A stretch of DNA of 64,000 nt from Candidatus Woesearchaeota archaeon (GTDB taxonomy: Archaea > Nanobdellota > Nanobdellia > Woesearchaeales > JAGVYF01). Below the pieces are notes generated by a model. The model did no database searches. It saw only the letters and a program-made list of their open reading frames with translations, and was not told the origin of the DNA. Shown here in pieces: positions 8,671 through 17,521 of the stretch. Positions within the stretch are counted from its first letter, which is position 1, and the number at the start of each line of letters is the position of its first letter. Position numbers and translations under genes: made by a program. The stretch is from assembly GCA_023264635.1 (NCBI GenBank), contig JAHFLT010000005.1:4582-68581 (forward strand), written 5' to 3'.

Positions 8671-8821
8671 TCTTCAGCATATTTGTTTTATCTCTTTGTG
8701 CTATGTAAGGGTGACGTCATAGCCGCTAGACCATGGGCCCGAAACAGAACGGTATTTTTAAGAGATATAAAAGACTTTACCTACCTAATCCAAATCTTGC
8801 ACGCCTTGCGCCTTCGACGTT

Positions 8822-9556
8822 TTATTTTCTTTGTAATATCCCAAGAGACGCTCTAAAGAAGAAACATGCGTCGATACCATATCCACAGCCGTAACGATTA
8901 CCGCGACTAACAGGCATCAAAACATTTTCCGGTGGAAGATAAAGCCATGTATTCTGCCTAATTTCCTCGGGTAATATCGCATACGGACGAGACCAGAGCT
9001 TCTGGACTAGGAAGGGGTTTATTTCGTTCACACCTTTGGGGGTACTCCAATCAAGTAATGAGCCAATGGAATACACTTCCTCTCCCGCGTGTTTCAGTTT
9101 TCCTCCTTGCACTACATATTGATATCCATTCCACACTAGATTCTCCGGGTCGAGATAGCAGTGCAACATATTCTCTTCCTGCATTATCGCCATGCTTAGC
9201 CATTCTCCGTAACCATTGAGCATATTATCAGCAATTGCTTGCTGGTCTGGTTGTAGTGTCCCTTCCAGTCCTCTGCAGATAAGGTCAAATGCTTCTACTG
9301 GTCTGGGATGGCGCTCGTAGCCGCGTGCTCGCAATGCACGCAGACTGGCGTCATAGGTGTACAGTCTTTTCTCTTTTCCATCATAAACCGCTTTCTCTTC
9401 GAAAACAACATCAGATAGTGCTGACTTTATGGTAATCTCCTTTTTCTCATCGGGTTTGCCGATATCGAGATATGATTCAATGCCCATAAAGAGGGAGAGA
9501 TTGAGTGACATTAAAAAACTTACCTGCTGAGTAAGTTGAGTAAAAGCTGAGAACAT
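8822..9556 (-). CDS. Unknown-function paralog family, copy 1 (of 3)
   Basis: Shares GKPDEKKEITIKSALSDVVFE, YERHPRP.EAFDLICRGLEG, YGEWLSMA, LHCYLDPENL, VVQGGK.KHA and KLWSRPYAILPE with 19030..19695 and 19692..20369. Likely true start is MGIESYLDIGKPDEKK. About 170 nt are near-identical to copy 2. Confidence 0.5.
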   Translation of the reverse strand: MFSAFTQLTQQVSFLMSLNLSLFMGIESYLDIGKPDEKKEITIKSALSDVVFEEKAVYDGKEKRLYTYDASLRALRARGYERHPRPVEAFDLICRGLEGTLQPDQQAIADNMLNGYGEWLSMAIMQEENMLHCYLDPENLVWNGYQYVVQGGKLKHAGEEVYSIGSLLDWSTPKGVNEINPFLVQKLWSRPYAILPEEIRQNTWLYLPPENVLMPVSRGNRYGCGYGIDACFFFRASLGILQRK

Positions 9557-9581
9557 ATCTTTATATAGTTTTTATCTCTTC

Positions 9582-10973
9582 TTGGGACTTGTGGGGGAAG
9601 TGACAATACAAGACAAACTCCTGGGAGATAATGGTGTCTACGACCTAGTGAACCAAAACTTCTACTTGAATCGTGCACAAATCCAGCTAGGAGACAGATT
9701 CTTCGAGCCAGTAGCGTTTATCGGCATTCTCACTGCTCTTGTCGACGGCAAAGAATTACTGTATGGTCCGTATGGCAAAGGGAAGACAACTTCTTCAGAA
9801 GCGTTGGGAGCACTCCTCTATGGACTCCCCTTGGAATTCATGCAGGTAAGCCAACTTGATGGTCATCCAGAGCAGACAGAAGAGAAAATAAAGGCTATCA
9901 TTGATTTAGGCAAGCTCACTAAAGAAGGGATTGAGGAGGTCATCTGGCGGTTGTTCGTGTATACTCCTGCAAAAGTATGTGATGAAATTAATCGTCTTCC
10001 CGAAGGCAAGCAGAACATCTTGCTCAAAGGAATTGATAGAAATGTATGGACGTACCGAGATAGTACATTGACAGTGCCGCAAGGATGCTTTTACGGAACA
10101 TGCAATTATGCTGACAGGGGAAATACAGATCTCATCCCACCGTTGAAAGACAGATTTGACATCGCTGTAGAAGTGAGACGAGCAGACCCTATTCGCCGCG
10201 AACTCATTAGAAATGGCGTTGTGCGAGATGCATTCGAACAGCTGAAGGAGCCAGCACTGTATACGGAAATTTTCGCTATGCTGATGGACTCCAAACACAC
10301 AGCTGAAAAAAAACTGGAGTTGCTAGAACAGATGAGTCAAAAATTCAAGCAAGAACTCAGCAAGCGCTTCAGTTTGTCCCTTCCCACGAATGATGAACTA
10401 CGCACTGCTAAAAAAGAGTTATCTTCTCTTATCTTGGAGGATGAGGCGACCCTATTCATAGATTACCTTACCAGCGAGATGGAATTCTGTATCTACCATG
10501 ACAAGCCAGAGCATGCCACCTGCCAGAAATGCCATTGGAAAGATTTTCTTTGTTCAAGAATGGGGAAAATAGGAGGCAGACTTGAGCTTTCGGTGGTTAA
10601 GTATGCCCGTGCAACAGCGTGGTTATTAGGGGAAAAAAAAGTAACATTGGAACACGTCAAGATGATATACCCTTATGCGCTATGGCACCGTGCAGAGTTT
10701 CAGGATAATATTTTACAGGAGTATGTCAGCGAGCCGAGAGAAAGCACCTTAAAGCTCCACATCGCACGAAAGATCGTGGAAGAGAAGACACCCCATTTTA
10801 TCGAGACAAAGGACCTGCAGGCACGGAGCTATAATGCTGTTGTCAATAGCAACGCAAACGACCTTGAGAAGTCTCACTTTAAGCATGCTGTGTACGTGGA
10901 TTACGTCAGTGCATGGGACTCCAAAAAAGACAAGGACGCTGTTGAGCAACTGCTGAAAAAAATAAGGAAATGA
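9582..10973 (+). CDS. MoxR-like AAA+ ATPase (AAA_3/AAA_5 type) with a Cys-containing C-terminal extension
   Basis: Walker A LLYGPYGKGKTT. Walker B and sensor region VCDEINRLPEGKQNILLKGIDRN. NP-loop/arginine region TVPQGCFYGTCNYADRGNTDLIPPLKDRFDIAVEV. Non-ATG start (TTG or GTG around 9582-9600). TATA-like ctttatatag about 25-30 nt upstream. Confidence 0.65.
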   Translation: MGLVGEVTIQDKLLGDNGVYDLVNQNFYLNRAQIQLGDRFFEPVAFIGILTALVDGKELLYGPYGKGKTTSSEALGALLYGLPLEFMQVSQLDGHPEQTEEKIKAIIDLGKLTKEGIEEVIWRLFVYTPAKVCDEINRLPEGKQNILLKGIDRNVWTYRDSTLTVPQGCFYGTCNYADRGNTDLIPPLKDRFDIAVEVRRADPIRRELIRNGVVRDAFEQLKEPALYTEIFAMLMDSKHTAEKKLELLEQMSQKFKQELSKRFSLSLPTNDELRTAKKELSSLILEDEATLFIDYLTSEMEFCIYHDKPEHATCQKCHWKDFLCSRMGKIGGRLELSVVKYARATAWLLGEKKVTLEHVKMIYPYALWHRAEFQDNILQEYVSEPRESTLKLHIARKIVEEKTPHFIETKDLQARSYNAVVNSNANDLEKSHFKHAVYVDYVSAWDSKKDKDAVEQLLKKIRK

Positions 10974-11650
10974 CGCTTGACAAACTGATAAAAAAATATG
11001 GTTTGTGGTCAAAAGAAGTTGTAGCATCAAAAGAAAAGTATGTAATAAATGAACAGGCACCTACACCCTATCACCGCTTGCTGGAGCATATCCTTTATTT
11101 TACACCCGAACAACCATTCCCCGGGGTATTCAAGCACTCTTACGATTTATTAGTAAAGGAAGGACTCGAGCCATCACAAGATGATATCGAAGCATTCGCA
11201 AAGAGTTTCCTCGTTTATGAAGGATATGACCGTTTCTGGCGCCGTGCAGGGAAATTTCTCTCAGCCATGATCGCATTATGGGAAAATAACACACACACAA
11301 AAACGTTTATTCGGCTCGATTTCTCTGCTGCAAGTAAACCTGTAGACTATGCATGCATAAAACTAAATAACTGTTCTATTCAGATAGATGGGTCTGTGGG
11401 CTCTTACTGCGGCATGAACAGCAAGGAATGCAATATCCTTATCCAAAGCAATGCTGGTCAATCTCTTGGTTACAAAGCAGAGAAAACTCTTTTCAAAGTA
11501 TCTGGAGAGACGGGAACCGGACTTGGAGCGTATGCACATGCATGCTCATATTTTGTCCGTGGCACAATAGCGCAGATTTCACCGTATATTCTATCCAGTT
11601 GCGAGGTTTACAATAGTGGTGGCAGCGCGCACACAAAGGTGTTCCCATGA
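10970..11650 (+). CDS. Small protein with an N-terminal helical region and a C-terminal GXGXG-type beta-helix repeat; paralog 1 of 3
   Basis: N-terminus MTLDKLIKKYG. C-terminal IQIDGSVGSYCGMNSKECNILIQSNAGQSLGYKAEKTLFKVSGETGTGLGAYAHACSYFVRG fits the GXGXG beta-helix pattern of the glutamate synthase C-terminal domain and FwdC. Start overlaps the upstream stop. Confidence 0.5.
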   Translation: MTLDKLIKKYGLWSKEVVASKEKYVINEQAPTPYHRLLEHILYFTPEQPFPGVFKHSYDLLVKEGLEPSQDDIEAFAKSFLVYEGYDRFWRRAGKFLSAMIALWENNTHTKTFIRLDFSAASKPVDYACIKLNNCSIQIDGSVGSYCGMNSKECNILIQSNAGQSLGYKAEKTLFKVSGETGTGLGAYAHACSYFVRGTIAQISPYILSSCEVYNSGGSAHTKVFP

Positions 11651-12219
11651 CCATAGACAAACTCCTCAAACAAAAAAAGGTCCCAGACAAAAAGGTAAGT
11701 GAACAGAAAAAGACAAATTATCAGGAATCACTTCAGCCATTGAGCCTTCATGACCTCTATAAAGATATGCTCCTTGGGTATGAATATGGCTTACGATGGG
11801 ACCCGAAAAAGCTGGACATCATCACCGTGACAAGGGATGATTTGACAGTAATCATAGACGAACTGTCATGCCACCAATCCTCTATCGGATTCGAGTTCTT
11901 CACAGGCAGCTTTATTTCAGATGTGATGATGCACTTGCTTATGAAGGGAGAACTTGAGAAATACATCACTATTACTCTTCCAAAGGCAGTTCACAGGATG
12001 GGCGCTGGAATCCATACCATAACCCTCGAAATTAAAGGAGACTGTGGCTACAATTGCGCGCAGAACGCGAAAAATGCGATGTTTATCGTCCACGGAGATG
12101 TGACAACCATTGGAAGAAATGAGAACTGTACATTTTACATTTATGGTGACGTCAAAAGTCATAAATATTATAATAGCAATGTGTATCTGTACAGAAACAA
12201 TGGATGGACTCACCTATGA
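11647..12219 (+). CDS. GXGXG-like beta-helix small protein, paralog 2
   Basis: N-terminus MTIDKLLKQKK. C-terminus ITLEIKGDCGYNCAQNAKNAMFIVHGDVTTIGRNENCTFYIYGDV. Overlapping start/stop with its neighbours. Confidence 0.5.
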   Translation: MTIDKLLKQKKVPDKKVSEQKKTNYQESLQPLSLHDLYKDMLLGYEYGLRWDPKKLDIITVTRDDLTVIIDELSCHQSSIGFEFFTGSFISDVMMHLLMKGELEKYITITLPKAVHRMGAGIHTITLEIKGDCGYNCAQNAKNAMFIVHGDVTTIGRNENCTFYIYGDVKSHKYYNSNVYLYRNNGWTHL

Positions 12220-12803
12220 CGCTTGAAAAACTTTTGAAGAAACACGGAATAAAGGTGATTGAAGTAAAGGATAAGGCAAAGCATATTGTTGCTTATCCCT
12301 CCATCGTAGAGATATACACTCTTTTAATAAAAGACGCTGCACAATTCTTCGACGGAAAAAAAAAGGTGCAATATGCTGATATATGTGAATTGCTCACAAG
12401 GAGAGGATGCACAAAAAATGAGTTTGAAAAACTATGCGCTTCACTGGATCAATACAAGAATATGCGTAATTTTCCTCGATGCACAGGTATCGCATTAAGC
12501 ACAATAGTAACAGTACTTCCAGCAAAGATGACTATTGATGTTTCTTCTTTATCTGTTCCGCCAGATTATCTCTGCACACGCCTCGCTGACAAGGAGTATA
12601 CCCTTATTGGGGAGGTAGGTAGATGTTTTGGGTTCCAGACAGAGCGCAGTATTTTCCATCTTGATGGGAGATATGGAGATTCTCTGGGCAAAGAAACTAG
12701 TGACTGCACGTTTTATATCAAAGACCCATATACTCCGCATAATATCCCCCCGTCCAATAGTGTTTACTACTTAAAGAATGGCAAGTGGCGGCGCGGGAGA
12801 TAA
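12204..12803 (+). CDS. GXGXG-like beta-helix small protein, paralog 3
   Basis: N-terminus MDSPMTLEKLLKKHG. C-terminus LIGEVGRCFGFQTERSIFHLDGRYGDSLGKETSDCTFYIKD. Confidence 0.45.
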   Translation: MDSPMTLEKLLKKHGIKVIEVKDKAKHIVAYPSIVEIYTLLIKDAAQFFDGKKKVQYADICELLTRRGCTKNEFEKLCASLDQYKNMRNFPRCTGIALSTIVTVLPAKMTIDVSSLSVPPDYLCTRLADKEYTLIGEVGRCFGFQTERSIFHLDGRYGDSLGKETSDCTFYIKDPYTPHNIPPSNSVYYLKNGKWRRGR

Positions 12804-12865
12804 AGGAAGATAATAGTAGGCATTCTTCAAACAATAGCATTTCACTTAACCGCCTGAATGGAAAT

Positions 12866-13279
12866 CTAAACATATGCATCAGCAGTTGTGTGCACTGCTC
12901 CCCCATAGCGTGGAAAATTCTCGCCGCGCATGATGAGATGCGTCTTCGGATTCTTTGATTCGAATGCTTTAATGAGATATTGCTTGGCAAATTCATAATC
13001 AAAGTGTTTGCATGAAAAGAGATCTATAAAGACGTAATCTTTTGCCTCAAAAGTATGTATTGATATGTGGCTCTCTGCAATCACGATGAAGCCAGTGATG
13101 CCTTTGTCTTCTGGCACCAATCCAGAATAACGGAACACATAAGGCTGTGTTATTTTTGTCATCCCTATCAAATCTGGCAGCTCATTCAGGAGCTGTGACA
13201 CGAAGTCCAGATCTTTTAATTTTTTTTGATTACACTGGTTTAAGTCAAGAGTTAAATGTGGTCCGAATGCTTGTTTCAT
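12866..13279 (-). CDS. speH: S-adenosylmethionine decarboxylase proenzyme (archaeal/bacterial SpeH type)
   Basis: GPHLTLDLNQC, GITGFIVIAESHISIHTFEAKDYVFIDLFSC (the ES self-cleavage serine site), about 137 aa. Confidence 0.75.
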   Translation of the reverse strand: MKQAFGPHLTLDLNQCNQKKLKDLDFVSQLLNELPDLIGMTKITQPYVFRYSGLVPEDKGITGFIVIAESHISIHTFEAKDYVFIDLFSCKHFDYEFAKQYLIKAFESKNPKTHLIMRGENFPRYGGAVHTTADAYV

Positions 13280-13489
13280 TTTTTAAATTCCTCCCTGAGT
13301 AGTTGAGTTAGTGGGTGAGACTGCTTTTGGGAGATAGTGGGTGAAAAAAGAGTAGAGAGAAAGAGTGATAGTTCTCCAACGACAAAGACAGCTATCCCAC
13401 CAGGAAATAAACCGAGAGTAAGTATGCATCATTTCTTATTGTCTACTTCTTAGTATTTACTCCTTAAGAAAATAAAGGTACTTATAAAT

Positions 13490-14515
13490 TTAACGCAATT
13501 CGCCTGGCTTAAAGATCCCATTTTCAGTGATTATTCCCGTGATGTATTTCGCAGGAGTTACGTCAAATGCAGGGTTGCTGGCATGAGAATCTGGTGAGCA
13601 GACAAGAATCCTCTCAAGCATCCCTTCTGCTGTCTTGCCTGTCTGATAAAGCACTTCATCCTCACTTCTCTCCTCAATAGGAATCTCTCTGCCTGTTGCG
13701 CATTTTTTGTCAATAGTTGACATTGGAGCAGCGATATAAAACGGGATCCCAAACTCTTTTGCGCAGATGGCCTTTTCCAGAGTTCCTATCTTGTTTGCAG
13801 TATCACCGTTTCTCGCTATCCTGTCAGCGCCTACAATAATGAGATCTATTTCTTTACGCGACATGAAATATGCAGCAGCATTATCAGTTATTATTTTGTG
13901 TTCAACACCATTGTGGTATAATTCCCACGCAGTAAGCCGTGCTCCCTGTCCGCGCGGTCGGGTCTCATCCACAAGCACAGAGATGTTTTTTCCTCGCTGC
14001 TTGGCAACATAGATTGGCGAAAGCGCAGTTCCATAATCCACACATGCTAACCATCCGGCATTACAATGTGTTTCAATCCTAAAACCAGAACCGATTAAAG
14101 AAACGCCATATTCTCCAATCTTTTTGCATGCAGCAACATCTTCATCTGCTATGCACTGGGCTTCAAGCACAGGAGACATCGATTTATAGACTCTATTTGT
14201 TGCATAGAAGAGATTATATGCCGTGGGGCGGGTGGCTTCTATATCCTGCTTTGCAAGCTCGATATCAGCTCCTTGCAAAAAAGCCTGTGCCATTGCAAAG
14301 CCTGCTGTCACACCAATTGCAGGAGCGCCTCTCACTCTCATGTCCTTTATTGCTTCACACGTCTCTTGATATGTCTTCGCTTCATGAACTCGGAAACTAA
14401 ATGGCAGCGCATTCTGGTCAATGAAAAAAACAGATTGTCCCTGCATCCAGACTGTCCTGTAATGTGTGCCGTTAACCAGCATTTTTTTCTGAGGAAGGGT
14501 AAAATATAAAAGCAT
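13490..14515 (-). CDS. mtnA: eIF-2B alpha/beta/delta family isomerase (methylthioribose-1-phosphate or ribose-1,5-bisphosphate isomerase)
   Basis: IDQNALPFSF...CEAIKDMRVRGAPAIGVTAGFAMAQ and GADRIARNGDTANKIGT. Likely start is MLVNGTHY. Confidence 0.7.
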   Translation of the reverse strand: MLLYFTLPQKKMLVNGTHYRTVWMQGQSVFFIDQNALPFSFRVHEAKTYQETCEAIKDMRVRGAPAIGVTAGFAMAQAFLQGADIELAKQDIEATRPTAYNLFYATNRVYKSMSPVLEAQCIADEDVAACKKIGEYGVSLIGSGFRIETHCNAGWLACVDYGTALSPIYVAKQRGKNISVLVDETRPRGQGARLTAWELYHNGVEHKIITDNAAAYFMSRKEIDLIIVGADRIARNGDTANKIGTLEKAICAKEFGIPFYIAAPMSTIDKKCATGREIPIEERSEDEVLYQTGKTAEGMLERILVCSPDSHASNPAFDVTPAKYITGIITENGIFKPGELR

Positions 14516-14537
14516 TGGGGTTTAGGACCCGTTTACT

Positions 14538-15392
14538 ATGAGAACGTTGGCTCTTGCCGGAATGATACTGTTTGCACAATATGCAGAAGCAAAAGAGGCA
14601 GCCATCCTGTTTTCCTCCATGAGCGATGCCACATACGATGACCCGATAGACAGGAATGCAGTATGGCGAGGTACAGCGATGACCTATCAGTCAATCCGTA
14701 ACCTTGGCATTACCAGTGAAAATGTCATCATACTTTATAATGATGCAAAGCCAGACTATACAGATATAAGTATCCCTCTCCGAGCAGAAATCAGCAGCAA
14801 AACAATCTCAGAAGGCAAAGACAGCGAACTTGAAAAAGTATTCAGAGAGCAGACAAAAGATCTCACTGACCAGGATACTATCATCCTTTGTACATCAACA
14901 CATGGAGGAGATAATGGGATTCTGTACCCGAGTTATGGGAGACAAATTCCCGCAAAAAAAATGGGTGAGTTGCTCTCCACAACAAAAGCACGTGCTGTTG
15001 TGTTTTATCTCGCGTGTTATTCTGGCTCCATGCTTCAGTCTTCTTCAGCACCAAATACTGTTCAGGTGTCATGCGCAAACCATACACTCGCATGGATTGA
15101 CAGAAATTACAGCAGCAGCGCAGACTTCTTCAGGGCATTTAGTACGCCTAGTGCAGATCGTGATCATAATGGAAAGGTATCTATCGAAGAAGCTGCAGCG
15201 TATGCCCATAAAAATTGGGGTAAATACATGGACGGATTCCTTGAGAAGTATCTCCTCACTACCTACGTCTGGCCAAAGAACTTTTTTGGATATAACGATA
15301 AGGAAGAAGTCGTTGAAAAGATAGATTGTGATCCTCAGATAAAACGCGGACAGCTTATTCCTCTGGAGTGGACATTGGAGAAAAAACCATGA
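14538..15392 (+). CDS. Secreted legumain-like (C13 family) cysteine peptidase
   Basis: Signal peptide MRTLALAGMILFAQYAEA. Catalytic His in ILCTSTHGGDNG. Catalytic Cys in VFYLACYSGSMLQ (compare legumain VFYIEACESGSMM). Confidence 0.65.
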   Translation: MRTLALAGMILFAQYAEAKEAAILFSSMSDATYDDPIDRNAVWRGTAMTYQSIRNLGITSENVIILYNDAKPDYTDISIPLRAEISSKTISEGKDSELEKVFREQTKDLTDQDTIILCTSTHGGDNGILYPSYGRQIPAKKMGELLSTTKARAVVFYLACYSGSMLQSSSAPNTVQVSCANHTLAWIDRNYSSSADFFRAFSTPSADRDHNGKVSIEEAAAYAHKNWGKYMDGFLEKYLLTTYVWPKNFFGYNDKEEVVEKIDCDPQIKRGQLIPLEWTLEKKP

Positions 15393-16027
15393 GCATTGAC
15401 ACATTACTTTCAGAGATCAAAACAAGTAAAGCTATTGAGGAAGAGAAGCAGTATATCATGGCACATCTCAAGACGATTCCGGCAGTCGCCACGTTAGCTG
15501 CTTATGCACCAAAACGGGAATGGTTCACTACGCCAACCAAAATTCACGGCATAATGCATGAAACCCGCGTGCTTGTTTATGTGGAGTTGCTTGGGCAGAT
15601 GACGTATGTGGAATACAAAATAGACGTTGAATCTCTTCGCTATGCAGCTATCACTCATGATGTCAAAAGAATAAATGATTGGTACGACTTTCCGCATGGA
15701 GCGCGTGCAGCGAAGTGGTTGCTCGACACAAAACCGATTCCCGAACAATACTGTCTGTCTACTGCAGAGATTGTAAAGTGGCATGTTACACAAGACATCG
15801 CAATTCCAAAGATGACTAAAGAACTGGAAGTGTTCAAGGATGCTGATGGCCTTGACAGATGGCGCATTGGCGATCTTAACACGAATTACCTGCGGACATC
15901 CCACTCCGTCAATATGGTAGAGACTGCTAAAGCGCTTTTCCTGCTGTCAAATGCATTGAAAGAACAAGGTGCGGAAGATTTTACCGCTGTGCTGGAAAGC
16001 GGGCGCTTGCTTGGGATACTCCAATAG
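15368..16027 (+). CDS. HD-domain phosphohydrolase-like protein
   Basis: HGIMHETRV...AAITHDVKR...FKDADGLDR fits an HD metal-binding pattern. Weak assignment. Confidence 0.45.
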   Translation: MDIGEKTMSIDTLLSEIKTSKAIEEEKQYIMAHLKTIPAVATLAAYAPKREWFTTPTKIHGIMHETRVLVYVELLGQMTYVEYKIDVESLRYAAITHDVKRINDWYDFPHGARAAKWLLDTKPIPEQYCLSTAEIVKWHVTQDIAIPKMTKELEVFKDADGLDRWRIGDLNTNYLRTSHSVNMVETAKALFLLSNALKEQGAEDFTAVLESGRLLGILQ

Positions 16028-16082
16028 TCAAATGTTTATCCAGTAGCCAAATGTTTAAAAACTTCTCTCCCCTAAGAGTGAT

Positions 16083-16814
16083 ATGCACGACAAGATATTT
16101 GAAATACTCTTCACTAAGGATGACATCAGCTGGCAGAGTCTACTGCTTGAACTGGTGAAATCAGAGGGAATGGACCCGTGGGACATAGATGTCTCTATCC
16201 TTACACAGCGCTACATAGAGATGCTGAAGAATATCAAGAAGCTTGATTTTCACGTGACAGGAAAAGTTGTACTCGCAGCTGCACTCCTACTGAAAGTAAA
16301 GTCAAGCCGTTTGGTGGGGGAAGACATATCGAATCTTGACAGACTGTTTGCGGCCACTCAGGGAGAGCTTGATGGATTTGATGACAGTGAACTTATGCAG
16401 TATGAAGGAGGAGATGAGCAAGGTAATCCGGTGCCAACACTCATCCCGCACACGCCACAGCCTCGCAAGCGGAAGGTATCAATCTATGACCTTATCGAGG
16501 CCCTCCAGAAAGCAATGGACGTAAAGAAAAGAAGGCTGATGCGTTATTTACCAAAAGGGCAGACATTTACAGTACCCACAAGGACATTCGATATAGGTAA
16601 TGCAATCCGTGAGCTTTACCTGCGCATAAAGAAATATTATTATGAAAATGAAAAACTTACATTTTCTCAACTTATTCCATCAGAGGAGAAAGCAGACAAA
16701 GTGTATACATTCATTCCCTTATTGCATCTCACCTCACAGCGTAAAATTGATTTGATACAACAGGAGCACTTCGGGGAGATAGAGATCGACTTTGTTGAAG
16801 AAAAAAAAAATTAA
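16083..16814 (+). CDS. scpA: Segregation and condensation protein A (kleisin)
   Basis: N-terminus FEILFTKDDISWQSLLLELVKSEGMDPWDIDVSILTQRYIEMLKN is typical of ScpA. Confidence 0.7.
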   Translation: MHDKIFEILFTKDDISWQSLLLELVKSEGMDPWDIDVSILTQRYIEMLKNIKKLDFHVTGKVVLAAALLLKVKSSRLVGEDISNLDRLFAATQGELDGFDDSELMQYEGGDEQGNPVPTLIPHTPQPRKRKVSIYDLIEALQKAMDVKKRRLMRYLPKGQTFTVPTRTFDIGNAIRELYLRIKKYYYENEKLTFSQLIPSEEKADKVYTFIPLLHLTSQRKIDLIQQEHFGEIEIDFVEEKKN

Positions 16815-17521
16815 TGTTCATGCACTACCTCTTTTTTGAATGAGAATAGCCGGTATTTCTCTCTACACCTCCTAACAGTGATGATGTCGCCTTCATGTAT
16901 CATAATCATCTTTGGATTATTGTCTGTAGAAAGCAAGCCATTTGTCCTAAGGATAGTGATGGTAACTACGGCGTTCTCTTTAAGCAGGTATGGCCCTAAT
17001 GATTCTGTGGGATTATTAAATGCAAGCCCAAATCCTTTGTCAAATCGTTTTCTCGTGATAGAATGAAAGTACGCTGTGCTGCCAAAAGGAGTTGCAATCA
17101 CTACTCCATCACCAATCACCCCGGGAAAAATTGTTTTACCAGTGATAGCCACAGAGAAACGCAGAGCGCACGTCTGTTTCCTGTTTCGCAGTACAATATC
17201 ATTAGTCGCAATAAGTCTTTTCCCATGTGTAAATGCTTCGAGCTTTGCGTGTTCTTCTATCCTGTATTTACCCTGCTTGATGAATTTGAGAAGGGTACGG
17301 AGTGGTAATTCATGGCAGCGCTTGCATATCTTGCTTTCCTTAATGACGGCTTTTGGCACTCCCGGGTATAATCTTTCTGAGACAAGGAATGTTCCATCTC
17401 CACCGACAGAGAGGACAAAGTCTGGATTCTTTGTCACAAGAGAAAAGTCTTCGTTTTTCAATACAGAAGTGAGCTCCGAACGAGAGACTCCCGGTTTTAT
17501 AACAAGTGCAACATGTTTCAT
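16811..17521 (-). CDS. nadK: NAD(+) kinase
   Basis: VGGDGTFL, NDIV and DGVVIATPFGSTAY motifs. Confidence 0.8.
   Translation of the reverse strand: MKHVALVIKPGVSRSELTSVLKNEDFSLVTKNPDFVLSVGGDGTFLVSERLYPGVPKAVIKESKICKRCHELPLRTLLKFIKQGKYRIEEHAKLEAFTHGKRLIATNDIVLRNRKQTCALRFSVAITGKTIFPGVIGDGVVIATPFGSTAYFHSITRKRFDKGFGLAFNNPTESLGPYLLKENAVVTITILRTNGLLSTDNNPKMIMIHEGDIITVRRCREKYRLFSFKKEVVHEH

Noticed and set aside
8402-8722. Four overlapping small ORFs (8402..8602-, 8410..8667-, 8457..8708+, 8531..8722+)
   Set aside because: They sit in the repeat/hairpin-rich non-coding gap, overlap each other in several frames, and have no protein-like composition. The region is better explained as structured RNA, terminators and a repeat element.
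14830-15324. 164-aa alternative-frame ORF inside the C13 peptidase gene
   Set aside because: Same strand but a different frame from a gene with a clear signal peptide and catalytic His/Cys motifs. The translation has no recognisable features.
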